From positions 1,054,001-1,118,000 of the forward strand of contig CM052816.1 of NCBI GenBank assembly GCA_028534125.1: a stretch of 64,000 nucleotides of DNA, written 5' to 3'. Position numbers and translations under genes: made by a program. The DNA comes from Lama glama. Its lineage: Eukaryota. The notes under the pieces are model-generated. The model was not told where the DNA came from and ran no database searches. It was given only the letters and a program-made list of their open reading frames with translations. Positions 51,601 to 64,000 of this stretch are shown in pieces. Positions within the stretch are counted from its first letter, which is position 1, and every line of letters starts with the position of its first letter.

Positions 51601-53439
51601 AAAGGCTTGGTTAGATAGAAGTTAAATACTTTGACAGGAACACTTCATGGGTGATGCAGTGTACGTCATATCGCATGACATCATAAAGCATGTAATTTGC
51701 TGTACTCTTGAAGTACCCAAACCATAGCTGTCTCGCTAAGTAGGAGTCAAAAACCTAACTGCCTTTAGGAGCCATGCCAGTAATCGTGTAGGAATGAAGT
51801 GAGCCAGGCAGACTGTACAAACTAGAGAACACAGCCCTGTCTAGTAAGGGCATCCACTGGTCGTCAACAGCCAATTGCTGACAAGTGAGAATGTGGGCCA
51901 GAGTTTCCCCATCCTTCTAAATTTTTCAAGAGAAATCAGATATCCTAAGTGTTTTAAGTTTTGGGGGAAGAGAATGTAAGACCATTGTAACCACACCCTC
52001 TCCCTGTTAGCTAGCCCTAGAATCCCCATAATTTTCCTCCTTTTATCAGCAATATATGAGAGACTCTAGTTTCAGGCTCCCTTTTAAAGAACTTCCTTCT
52101 CTCTCTGCAGCATATCTGGGGATCCTACTGGAAAGAAGGCCGATGGGGATACAAATGCTGTCACTCTTTCTTCAAGTATTCCTACTGCACCGGAGAAGCT
52201 GGGAAGGAGACTGCTGTAAGTAATTGTCCTCGACTTTTACTCTGTATGAAACATACCTTTTTACATTTCACATTTTAACTTTCTGTGACACTCAAGTCAG
52301 ATCACATATATTTTTCCATAGAATTCAGAGGAACGTATTATAAATGATACAACTGGAGAAGAGTCTGTGAAAAAGCCTCAGACCCTCATGGAGGTAAGTC
52401 CACGATCGATTGTCCTGAGGTTTTAAGTCTTGGAGGGAAGGCTGTAAAACGTGCACTAGAGTTTCATTTTTGCATTAATAACAGTATATTTCAATCCTCC
52501 CTGTCAGATGCATCAGGAAAAACTAAAAGAGAAGAAAAAGAAGAGGAAGAGGAAGCATCGAAAGAGTAGTTCAGAGAGTAATGATGAAGAAAAGAAACAT
52601 GACAAATTGAAAAAGGTACTTTGTGAAGGCAAAATAGTAAAAGTGACCACAGTGTTTTTTTATTTTTAGGGACCTTAGGAAATTATCTAATCCTCTTTCC
52701 AAGCTCATTTTAAAAATGAGCAAATTAGCCCCACCCCCGAGTCTGGGTGATCTGCTCAGGTTGCCTATCAAGTCTAGAATATGAATGGAGATTTTTGTGC
52801 GTCTCGGTATTACCTGCTTCTCGAACTATTTGTTAAATATTACTGATGCACAGAAGAAAAGTGTTTTGTATAGCTGTTATTTTAGAGGTGTTGACACGTT
52901 GCCCAGAGAGAATAATTTGTATTTGCCTGTATTTGTAAGTATCAGCAAAGTCAGAATCTCCACCAAAAGCATCAGTTGCCAGCTTCTGTCAGTAAAATGA
53001 ACCTCGTTCAGTTTTTGTTGTTTAATTTCTTTAACATTGAAAATGTCATAGAATGTTTTGTGTCTATAGAAAATATGAGCCAAATAGTGATTGGTTGTAG
53101 TTTGACAGAAAAAGGGCTTACGTCCAAGCTCTTTGAGGCAGTCTAGGTTTTGATGTGGCCGTTCACATTCTGTGGGGTCTTCTGGTACTGCTCTTGGTGC
53201 TTTGAACAAACAAGATCTGGTGTAGAGCCATGGTACTCACGTCCTTCATCTCACTACAGGCACTGAATGCAGAGGAGGCCCGTCTTCATCAAGTCAAGGA
53301 GATGATGCAGCTTGACGAGAGGAAGCGGCCTTACAATAGCATCTATGAAACTCAGGAACCCACCGAAGAGGAGATGGAAGCCTACAGAATGAAACGTCAG
53401 AGGCCGGATGACCCCATGGCCTCCTTCCTTGGGCAGTAG
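42687..53439 (+). CDS. SLU7: Pre-mRNA splicing factor SLU7, 583 aa; coding exons 42687-42856, 43697-43850, 44196-44276, 44575-44739, 45495-45563, 47959-48006, 48338-48469, 48662-48759, 48908-48975, 49110-49249, 50083-50244, 52111-52215, 52322-52393, 52508-52615, 53260-53439
   Basis: [44 protein letters not shown]..., zinc knuckle [14 protein letters not shown], ...[11 protein letters not shown]..., ...[21 protein letters not shown]..., C-terminus ...[12 protein letters not shown]. All introns GT-AG with consistent phases; total 1752 nt. Confidence 0.97.
43027..43165 (-). mobile_element. tRNA-derived SINE (Vic-1-like)
   Basis: Reverse-complement head; TSD TATAAGCTTT at 43017-43026 and 43169-43178. 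Confidence 0.85.
43269..43432 (+). mobile_element. Tigger2-like TcMar DNA transposon fragment
   Basis: Starts AGTTGACCCTTGAACAACACAGGTTGAACTGTGTGGGTCC, resembling the Tigger2 terminus. Confidence 0.65.
48114..48240 (+). mobile_element. tRNA-derived SINE (Vic-1-like)
   Basis: Head and tail; TSD AAAGAACACA(G/A)TGAG at 48099-48113 and 48241-48255. Confidence 0.9.
50380..50985 (-). mobile_element. L1 3'-end fragment in a SLU7 intron
   Basis: Reverse complement of the L1 ORF2 end and 3'UTR (TTAGATTCCACATACAAGTGATATCATATAGTATTTGTC...TTCCACAGTGGCTGCACCA). Confidence 0.85.
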
Positions 53440-53604
53440 TTGCTGGTCACAGACGGTCACCCAGGATAGACTCTGTTGATACGTTCTTTTAGATTCTTGC
53501 CAGTGAGTATAGATGGGAGAATCCCTATCTGCTCTTCTTGCTCCCTGACTTGAAGAAAGCTTCCAGAAGTCTCATAGTAAATTCATTCCTTTCCACACTG
53601 AAGA

Positions 53605-53764
53605 AATAAAGAAGAAAAAAACATGTACATTAAGTGCAGATTAAGATTTTATATCTAATTTTGTAATTACAGTTGTAGTTATTTGGTAATCATTTTTGCC
53701 TTCTCAGATTTTTCTGATCTGAAGCTAATTATCCTGTCTTGAGCTTTGGGTTACTGAAAATAAA
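53605..53764 (+). terminator. SLU7: Candidate SLU7 poly(A) signals AATAAA at 53605-53610 and 53759-53764
   Basis: Two hexamers in the AT-rich 3'UTR, both upstream of the L1 insertion. Confidence 0.6.
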
Positions 53765-53917
53765 TCTGTAGAATGTGTAAATAACTTTATCCCCATTGTC
53801 AATCTGTGTAGTATTAATTCTGTTTTCCACTTGGTTATAAAATTTTGATTTTAAGAATATTTCATAGTATCTTAACACTCAGAACTAAATGTATTAGCCT
53901 TTGAATGGAAGAAAATA

Positions 53918-55862
53918 GAGGCATGAATATACAATGGAGAAAAGACAGTCTCTTCAGCAAGTGGTGTTGGGAAAACTGGACAGAAGCGTATAAATCAATG
54001 AAGGTAGAACACTCCCTCACATCATACACAAAAATAAACTCAAAATGGCTTAAAGACTTAAACATAAAACAAGATACTATAAACCTCCTAGAAGAAAACA
54101 GGCAAAACATTCTCTGACATAAATCTTAGCAACGTTCTCCTAGGGCAGTCTACCCAGCCAACAGAAATAAAAGCAAAAATAAACTAATGAAAGGTAATTA
54201 AACTTAAAGGCTTTTGTACAGCAAAGGAAACCATAAGCAAAACAAAATGACAACCTATGGAATGAAGGAAAATAATTGCAAATGATGAAACTGACAAAGG
54301 CTTAATTTCCAGAATATATAAACAGCTCATACAACTTAAAAAAACAAACAAATCAATAAAAAAAATGGGCAGAAGATCTAGACAAGCAATTCTCCAGTGA
54401 AGACATACAAATAGCTAAAAGACACATGAAAAAAAATGCTCAATATTACTAATTATCAGAGAAATGCAAATCAAAACTGCAGTGAGTTTCTACCTTACAC
54501 CAGTCAGAAGAGCCATCATTAAAAAATCCACAAACAACATATGNNNNNNNNNNNNNNNNNNNNNNNNNNNNNNNNNNNNNNNNNNNNNNNNNNNNNNNNN
54601 NNNNNNNNNNNNNNNNNNNNNNNNNNNNNNNNNNNNNNNNNNNNNNNNNNNNNNNNNNNNNNNNNNNNNNNNNNNNNNNNNNNNNNNNNNNNNNNNNNNN
54701 NNNNNNNNNNNNNNNNNNNNNNNNNNNNNNNNNNNNNNNNNNNNNNNNNNNNNNNNNNNNNNNNNNNNNNNNNNNNNNNNNNNNNNNNNNNNNNNNNNNN
54801 NNNNNNNNNNNNNNNNNNNNNNNNNNNNNNNNNNNNNNNNNNNNNNNNNNNNNNNNNNNNNNNNNNNNNNNNNNNNNNNNNNNNNNNNNNNNNNNNNNNN
54901 NNNNNNNNNNNNNNNNNNNNNNNNNNNNNNNNNNNNNNNNNNNNNNNNNNNNNNNNNNNNNNNNNNNNNNNNNNNNNNNNNNNNNNNNNNNNNNNNNNNN
55001 NNNNNNNNNNNNNNNNNNNNNNNNNNNNNNNNNNNNNNNNNNNACCAGTCAGAAGAGCCATCATTAAAAAATCCACAAACAACATATGCTGGAGAGGCTG
55101 TGAAGGAAAGGGAACCCTCCTACACTGCTGGTGGGAATGCAGCTTGGTGCAGCCATAATGGAAAACAGTATGGAGATGCCTCAAAAAACTAAAAATAGAC
55201 TTACCATATGATCCAGCAACCCCACTCCTGGGCATATATCTGGAGGGAACTCTAATTTGAAAAGATACATGCACCCCAATGTTAGTAGCAGCACTATTTA
55301 CAATAGCCAAGACATGGAAGCAACCTAAATGTCCATCAACAGATGACCAGATAAAAAAGATGTATATTTACACAACGGAATACTACACAGCCATAAAATA
55401 AAATAATGCCACTTGCAGCAACATGGATGGACCTGGAGATAGTCATTCTAAATGAAGAAGGCCAAAAAGAGAAAGAAAAATACCATATGATATCACTCAT
55501 ATGTGGAATCTAAAAAAAAAAGAAAAAAGGACACTAATGAAGTCATCTACAAAACAGAAACAGACTTGCAGACAAGGTAAATAATCTTACGGTTACTGAA
55601 GGAAAAGGGTTGGGAAGGGATAAATTTGGGAGTTTGAGATTTGCAAATATTAACCACTTATATAAAAATAGATTTAAACCAAATTTCTTCTGTATAGCAC
55701 AGGGACCTATATTCAATATAATAACCTTTAATGAAAAAGAATATGAAAACAAACGCATGTGTACATATGCGTGACTGGGAAATTGTGCTGTCCAATAGAA
55801 ACTGACACATTGTAACTGACTATACATCAATAAAAAATTAATTTTTAAAAATTAAAAAAAAA
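53918..55862 (+). mobile_element. 5'-truncated L1 (ORF2 3' part, 3'UTR, poly(A)) between SLU7 and ZBED8; contains the assembly gap
   Basis: ORF2-like peptides ([18 protein letters not shown]...[31 protein letters not shown]), AATAAA at 55829-55834 and A tail. No clear TSD seen. Confidence 0.92.
54544..55043. other. Assembly gap (500 N)
   Basis: Run of N; both flanks share the same 45-bp sequence. Confidence 0.99.
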
Positions 55863-56419
55863 GTCATTTCATTAAATACCCTCAGTAGGAAAGAGGGCTT
55901 AGGTTAGTTTCTTAGCGTTTTCTAGTTTATACTTTGAGATTTTTCTTTGAAATCTCTCTAATATGGGTTTATTACTTTAAGAGTCTGCTGTTAAAAAGAA
56001 TTTTAAATAAAATTAAAAATCTTTTCTTTAAGGTGGATGATGATTATTATCAAATTCATCCCTATGCTCTAATTTATGAGGCAGGAGGGGCAACCTGCAC
56101 AGGCAAGAAGACACAGGCTCATCCTCTACCGTCAGTATCTTAATGGAATTTACAGCTTGTCCCATTTGCCTGAATGTTCAATTTGGGAGTAGAATGAGCT
56201 TCCTTCTCTTCTTCCTCATTGATACCACATAGAAAATGGTTAATTATTGATGCTTTATAATCTCCAAGCGCAAAGCCTGACACAATAAAAAATGTTATTT
56301 CCACTGCTTTGAATGTTAAAAAGTAGAACTATGTAGACATTCCACTCCTGAGATTCTACGATTCATTCTTCCTGGCAGACACAATAAGCTAAAAACTCCT
56401 AGCTCCACGTACACAAGCT

Positions 56420-56860
56420 GAAGCGAGGGCCAGCGCGCATGCTCCTTACTCAAGCCGGCAGCGCGCCCGGCCGTTTGCTAGTGCGCCTGCGTGCCGGGCT
56501 CCGCCTCGCCCAGGCTGCGGGCGGGAAGGCACCGGGAGAACCCGGATGGAGCCCCGGCGCGGCTGGAGCGGAGGGCGCTGCGGCTGCTTCTGCTTCCCGG
56601 CGGTCCGCAGGTTCCTGCTCCGGGGTTAGACCCCAGGAACCGCCGCCTAGACCAGTTCCAGCGCCCGGAGGCAGGGCCCCAGCCTGAGCGGAGAGCGAAC
56701 CGGAGCCTGAAGCGGGCGCCCAAAGGAAGCCCGAGCATCCCTGGGGCCTGCGGCTCCGGCTCGGAGTCGGCGGGCGGAGACCGAGCGGAGTCTTCTTACC
56801 GCGCCGCCGGCGGCCTCAGCTCGCCCGGGCCGCCTTCTAAACGCTCCGTCCTTAATCATA
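56420..56860 (+). promoter_or_regulatory. ZBED8: CpG island: ZBED8/FAM200C promoter and first exon
   Basis: Very high GC and CpG density, NRF1-like GCGCATGC (~56435-56442) and TGCGCCTGCG (~56482), about 3 kb upstream of the ZBED8 ORF. Confidence 0.75.
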
Positions 56861-57760
56861 CACCAACAGGCCCTACCCGTTACGAGCTGGTGTTCTTACA
56901 TGCATGCTCACAGTTAAACCTCCCAACAACCCTGTAAGGTAGGTACTATTGTCATCTCAGTTGAGGAACTGAAGCTTGGATAGGTCCCAGCTTCTGAGTG
57001 CAAAGCCAGGATCCCAGGCGTTTGCCCAGCTAGTGCATTCCCATCCCTTTTCTCCTGGCTGTTGCTTTTAACTGTAAAATGTAATGGTTAAATCCTCTGC
57101 CTCCCCGCACACCCGCACCTACCATGGACTGGCTAGGCGGTGGCCAGGTACAACTTGGATTGTGTTTGCTTTGGAGTTTTAGGTTTACAGCTGCACTTTG
57201 ATGCTATCACTGCTGACATAGATGTTGTAGCCTTCCCCAAATAATTTGTCATGTGAACGTTCACTTGTAACCGACTGGTTTTTCTCTCAATTCTGATAGT
57301 TTCATATCTACCCTTTCTGAATTTGCAAAACGTTTTTACTCTGTTACATCTGGTCTTTCATTCTGCATCTTCGTCTCAACAAACTCAAAGAATCGTTCTA
57401 AAAACGAATTAGGTCTATCTTAATAAGATAATCGTTTTTGTTTATTGTACTGTTTATTATGGAAAGTTTGCAGCATATATAGAGTGAGAATGGTGTAACG
57501 GTATGTACAATCATCCAGCTTCAACAGTTAACAACTCAAGGCCAGTCTTATCTCATTTTCTGTGTATGTTTGTGTGTGCTGAAGTACAGCATTTCAAAGG
57601 AAATTCCAGACATCTTATCATTTCACTTTTAAATAATTCAGACTGTATCTCTAATAAATGAGGACCTATTTTTTTAACACAACCATACCATTATCACACT
57701 GTTTCAAGCAACAATAATTCCTTAATAAGATGATGCTTTTTTAATGTTTACATATTTTAG

Positions 57761-57838
57761 GATATTGTGATTGCTAAATACCACAAAGGAACAAGTGAAA
57801 ATTGTGAGATTCTAAAACACAAGAAAGTCTTTTGGGCA
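57761..57838 (+). other. Candidate internal 5'UTR exon of ZBED8
   Basis: Acceptor TTTTAG| at 57760 and donor CA|GTAAGT at 57838/57839; no transcript evidence available. Confidence 0.35.
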
Positions 57839-58859
57839 GTAAGTTCATCTTTGAGGATCTTGAAAATTCTTGCTACCTATTCTCCCTTTTTGAGGGAGAT
57901 GGAGAAGAATATGATAAATGAATTTGTCTAAAAATTCTTTTGTTCCAAACAGGTAGATTTCAATTAAAATATACTTGAGTAGCATTGAGTGGATAGGAAT
58001 GGGCTCTTAACTGGTCCTGTAAGAATTTCTAATGAGACTGAAGGAAAGCTTTTTCCTTCACTCCTTCTGCCCCCTAAAACATACATAACAGAATACAGAA
58101 AGGTAAGCATTTTTCATGCTGATGTTATAATTTTACTCTTATCAGGAGAGATTCTAAACACAGTTGGCCCATAGTCCCATCACTTGACAAAAGAAACCTT
58201 AAGATAACTAAACTTCCAATTGTCTTTATTGATAGGCAGACATCTTTCAATTTAAACTGGCTGATAACCATATGGCAAATCAACTTACTAGTTACACCGA
58301 AGTACATTTTAGAGCTAGTTATTCTTGGCAGAGCCGCTAGAAAGCAGTGCCTTAAATAAATATTCTTGGCTTACTTACTGTGATTTTTTTTTTAATGGCC
58401 AGTGTGGACATTTGGATTTAGATGGACCCCTGTTACATTATTCAGCCACGTTCTGTAGCACAGAACTTTGGAAATGTGGGGGATCACTTACTTCTCTGAG
58501 ATATAGAATTGTTTTCTAAGGTATGTTTGAGCCTACCTGTGGATTATACCTTTGCTGATTGCTCAGAAGGGAGAAAAAGAAGAAAAAGGATTTCTTTTTA
58601 GGTCCCTCAGCTTTCACAGGAAGTTGTCATCAACTCAGAAATTGTAAATGCCTGTTAAAGCATTTAGACTGTTTACTTAGCGATGTAGAATATGGGCAAG
58701 CCAGGGATAAGCCTGCCGATGTGTTTCATTCCTCTCAATCTGTCTACTTACTAGAATGTGTATCACAGCCACCTGGACGACTTTATTTAGTTTTTGTCCT
58801 CTTTTGTCCTACTTCTGGACATGATCATCTATTAGTTCTAAGGTGGTACATTGACACGT

Positions 58860-59084
58860 ATAATTTCAAAGGGGTTCCCAGTGACTGTGATGGGCGTCCC
58901 TTCTTAAAGATGACTGTTCTATGTACTGTTCATAAGAATTATCTAAAATGCTTATTTAGACTACAGATTTTGGACCTTTGCCCCAGAGCCAGGGAATCAG
59001 AATCTCTGGGGGTGGGGCCCAGAAATCTGCATTTTAGCAAGAGACTGAGATGATTCCTCCGTTTACTAAACTGGAGGACCACTG
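58860..59084 (+). mobile_element. MER5-like hAT-Charlie MITE
   Basis: GAATCAGAATCTCTGGGGGTGGGGCCCAGAAATCTGCATTTTAGCAAG...GGACCACTG. Confidence 0.7.
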
Positions 59085-59841
59085 CCTTCTACATCCTGTC
59101 CTGCCGTAATTAAGGGTTTCCTTCTATTAGAGAAATTTCTCGGAAGTCTCAGTGATCAACTTGTTTTGCTTTTCTGTATGGACAGTGGGAATCACGGACT
59201 GATTCCCACTTCTCTGTCAAGGGTGGCTTAGTCAGACCTGTTTGAAATCCTCTGCTTGAGTTGGAGTCAAAGCCACTCAAGGAGCAAATAGTTTTACAGA
59301 CCTGTTTAATCCTTAATGATTAAAAAGAACTAGCCACCATGTCCAAACCTGCCCTTCCTTGGAGTATTAATGAATTACTCCCTCCTCTATTCACTAGTTC
59401 GTAACTGGGTGTGTGCCTACATCCTTGGCTCAAACGGAAGGAGGGGGTGGTAGTGAGATGCCCTTTCCGGGGATACAAAATGTACCAGGTTTGTTTGGAA
59501 CATACATCACTGAAAACAAATTAAGGCGTAACTGCAGTTCACCCGGAGAGGACTTAAGGGTATTCACAATTTGCATAAGCGCGAGTCTCCCATATACACC
59601 CTACTGGCAAGGCATCTATTCCAGGGCTTTAGCTGAGTTTCTTAGATTTAAGTTGGACTGTCATGCCATCATGGCTTGCTCCGAACTGACGTGTTACAGG
59701 GTATTTCTTGACACGTACACAGATGACAGGATGGCATGTGATGAGGCTTTGTTTTAATTCGGTGAGCCACTAGTTTTTAATGCCTGGGTTATATTTTACT
59801 CCCAAAGCAAAAATCTACGACATCTCTGGGAAACTGCCTGA

Positions 59842-61641
<1,800 letters not shown>

Positions 61642-62238
61642 GCGGATAGACTTTTTAAATGTATAATTTTTAATATATTCATAATTCCGTTTTAAAATTA
61701 AGCTGTAATTCTTTCTCTTTCCTTTTATATTTATGATATACCGAATTCTATGTTTTAAAAATTCAGCATCTTTAACTTTTAATTTTCACATGAGGCATGT
61801 GAAAATATGTTTTGAGAATAAGAACACAAGCAGTGGAAAAGATTAAGTACCACTGCCTGGCTGATACATAGGATTCTTCTAAGTGTCTGTTTAACCCGTT
61901 GATGTGATACATAAAAAGACACCCAAGCACTAGAAAATCCACACTATGTGGTACAGTAGGCTGCTTACAAATAGAGCCAAGAGAAAAAGAGAAGACTTCC
62001 CAGAATATGCATCTTTACATTAAGAGTAAAAGTCAAAGGATGAAATGACAGACTGAGCCCTCTCGTCTCCTGGAGGGTGGTTTGGGGAGGTTAATGAAAT
62101 AAGAAGCGGACTATGAAGTATTGTAGTGAGAGAAGGGATGATTCAAGTTTATATAAGATTTATTTTTAAATGTATTCTTTGGAGTTAGTCTCACAGTGTC
62201 CATTCCTCTAGCTCCCGTGCTCTAAATTCCGTGACACT

Positions 62239-62244
62239 AATAAA
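62239..62244 (+). terminator. Candidate ZBED8 poly(A) signal AATAAA
   Basis: Hexamer about 600 nt after the stop codon; another at 62679-62684. Confidence 0.5.
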
Positions 62245-62279
62245 CATCTTAATATCCTGGTAGTCGCTCTTTGTCTTCT

Positions 62280-62425
62280 TTTAAATTACATCCCGACTCC
62301 AGGTCGTCAGGGCGGCTTAAGAGGAGATCCCAGAGCCCTATTCAAGAGATTCTGATTTAGCAGGTCCGGGACGGGACCAAGGATCTTCATTCTTAACCAG
62401 CTTTCCAGGTGGTTCTGATGGACTC
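62280..62425 (+). mobile_element. MER5-like hAT-Charlie MITE fragment
   Basis: AGAGATTCTGATTTAGCAGGTCCGGG...CATTCTTAACCAGCTTTCCAGGTGGTTCTGATG. Confidence 0.6.
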
Positions 62426-63596
62426 TTTGGTCCTCTTACATCTTATTTTTCCTACACTTATTTTTCCCTTTACCCCAGCTTCCTCGCTTATTTTACATCT
62501 TACGCTATATGTATGTTTCTAAGATAGTTTAAAACGTTTGAATGGGCCAGAATATCCATAATGAAAAACTGACCTGACGTCACCATAGTAATTCAGGGCC
62601 ACCAAAAAGTTCCACATGGTTATCTAAGTTAATATACTTTTCTGGATGATACTTTAGCTAGATATGTTCTTAAATTTAAATAAACTTAAGTTTTTATATC
62701 AGAAGTACTGTATGCTTAAGGCTGGGAAAGAAGAGAGTCCTGTAATGAAAAGCTGCAGCCCCCTTCCTGCCCAATTACCTTAACCATTTCTGCTTTAACT
62801 TGTTATGGTTCCACCCATGTTGCTAAGTACTGTGTTACACCAAAGACTTACGCCAGTTTTGATTTATCAGCTTTAGAAGTTATATGTTGATGCCTCTAGA
62901 TAAAAGGATCGAATTTATAAAACATCCATCTCCCCTCCTACAACTTGCATTTTTCGTTATGACAATACTAATTTTAGTTCCTCTATTGATTATTCATAGC
63001 CCTTTGACTGAGGATTTTTCCCTCTAGGAATTCATCACATAGAAAGACTCATGAGTGCCCATAAAGTTTATTTATAAGGTGGGTAATCACAAAACTTTCA
63101 TAATAGTGAAAAAAATTTTTAAACTTGAAGGGGAGTGGAACCTGACTATCAGATTTAGATGCCACTTGAGTACACAGATTGAAGTTTCTATTTCCTACAC
63201 AAAACTAAACTTTATCACTTTCCATCAAAATGCTTTATCAATAAGTATAAATATATACCTTCTTTTCTTTAAAAATATAGTGAGAAAATGTCAGTCCTAA
63301 TTTTTCCTACTATAATCTAACATCAAGAGCAGGGGGAGATTTCCAAAACTAATACAGGAATAAATCTGGAAGAGTATGTATAAACTTTACTATGTATGCA
63401 TATAAAAAGACAGGAAGAAAGCGGGGATGGGAGCAGAGCATGTATGAAGCCTGGGATCTAACCATACAAGCGCAAGACTAGGATGAAACGCCAGAAGCAA
63501 GTGACCTTTGATAGCCAGTCTTTTGTTAGGTCCACTAGAACTTCCTCCTACACTAAATTCATTCATTTCTGCTCTGAAACAGAAACCCAAAGGACA

Positions 63597-64000
63597 CTTT
63601 TTTAAATTGAGTTATAGTCAGCTTACAATGCTGTGTCAATTTCTGGCATACAGCACAGTTTTTCAGTCATACATGAATATACATATATTCATTTTCATAT
63701 TCTTTTTCCCCGTGAGCTACTGTAAGATCTTGAATATATTTCCCTGTGCTATACAGTATAAACTTGTTTATCTATTCTATATATAACTCCCAATTTGTCC
63801 CTTCCTACCCCTCTCCCCTCAAGCAACCACAAGTCTGTATTCTATGTCTGTGAGTCTGTTTCTGTTTTATATTTAAGTTCATTTGTCTTTTTTTTTAGAT
63901 TCCACATATGAGTGATAGCATATGGTATTTTTCTTTCTCTTTCTGGCTTACTTCACTTAGAATGACATTCTCCAGGGACATCCATGTTGCTGCAAATGGC
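63597..64000 (-). mobile_element. L1 3' end, running off the right edge
   Basis: Reverse complement closely resembles the L1 3'UTRs at 22850-23165 and 55500-55860. Confidence 0.9.

Noticed and set aside
54464..55310. Long ORFs of 205-263 aa in the ORF track
   Set aside because: They read through the N gap; the real residues are L1 ORF2 fragments or antisense L1.

Overview
This is mammalian genomic DNA, most likely camelid: it carries many copies of a Vic-1-like tRNA-derived SINE. It is syntenic to the human 5q33.3 region. Left to right: (1) the promoter, first exon and start of intron 1 of the miR-146a host transcript (MIR3142HG-like, minus strand; the miR-146a hairpin should lie beyond the left edge); (2) about 22 kb of repeat-rich intergenic DNA with a probable ortholog of the distal miR-146a enhancer (~22.3 kb) and a strong CTCF motif (~29.6 kb); (3) PTTG1/securin (minus, 5 coding exons, 202 aa); (4) SLU7, head-to-head with PTTG1 (plus, 15 coding exons, 583 aa); (5) an L1 3' fragment containing a false 500-N assembly gap; (6) ZBED8/FAM200C (Buster3), a domesticated hAT transposase (594 aa, single coding exon). 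I found no novel multi-gene system, CRISPR array or real tRNA/rRNA gene. The most interesting signals are the inactivated catalytic motifs, uORF-dense leader and relic terminus of ZBED8, the miR-146a regulatory elements, an LTR pointing at PTTG1, and a Charlie transposon abutting a PTTG1 branch point. Comparisons to human sequences and repeat consensus sequences are from memory and need alignment to confirm.
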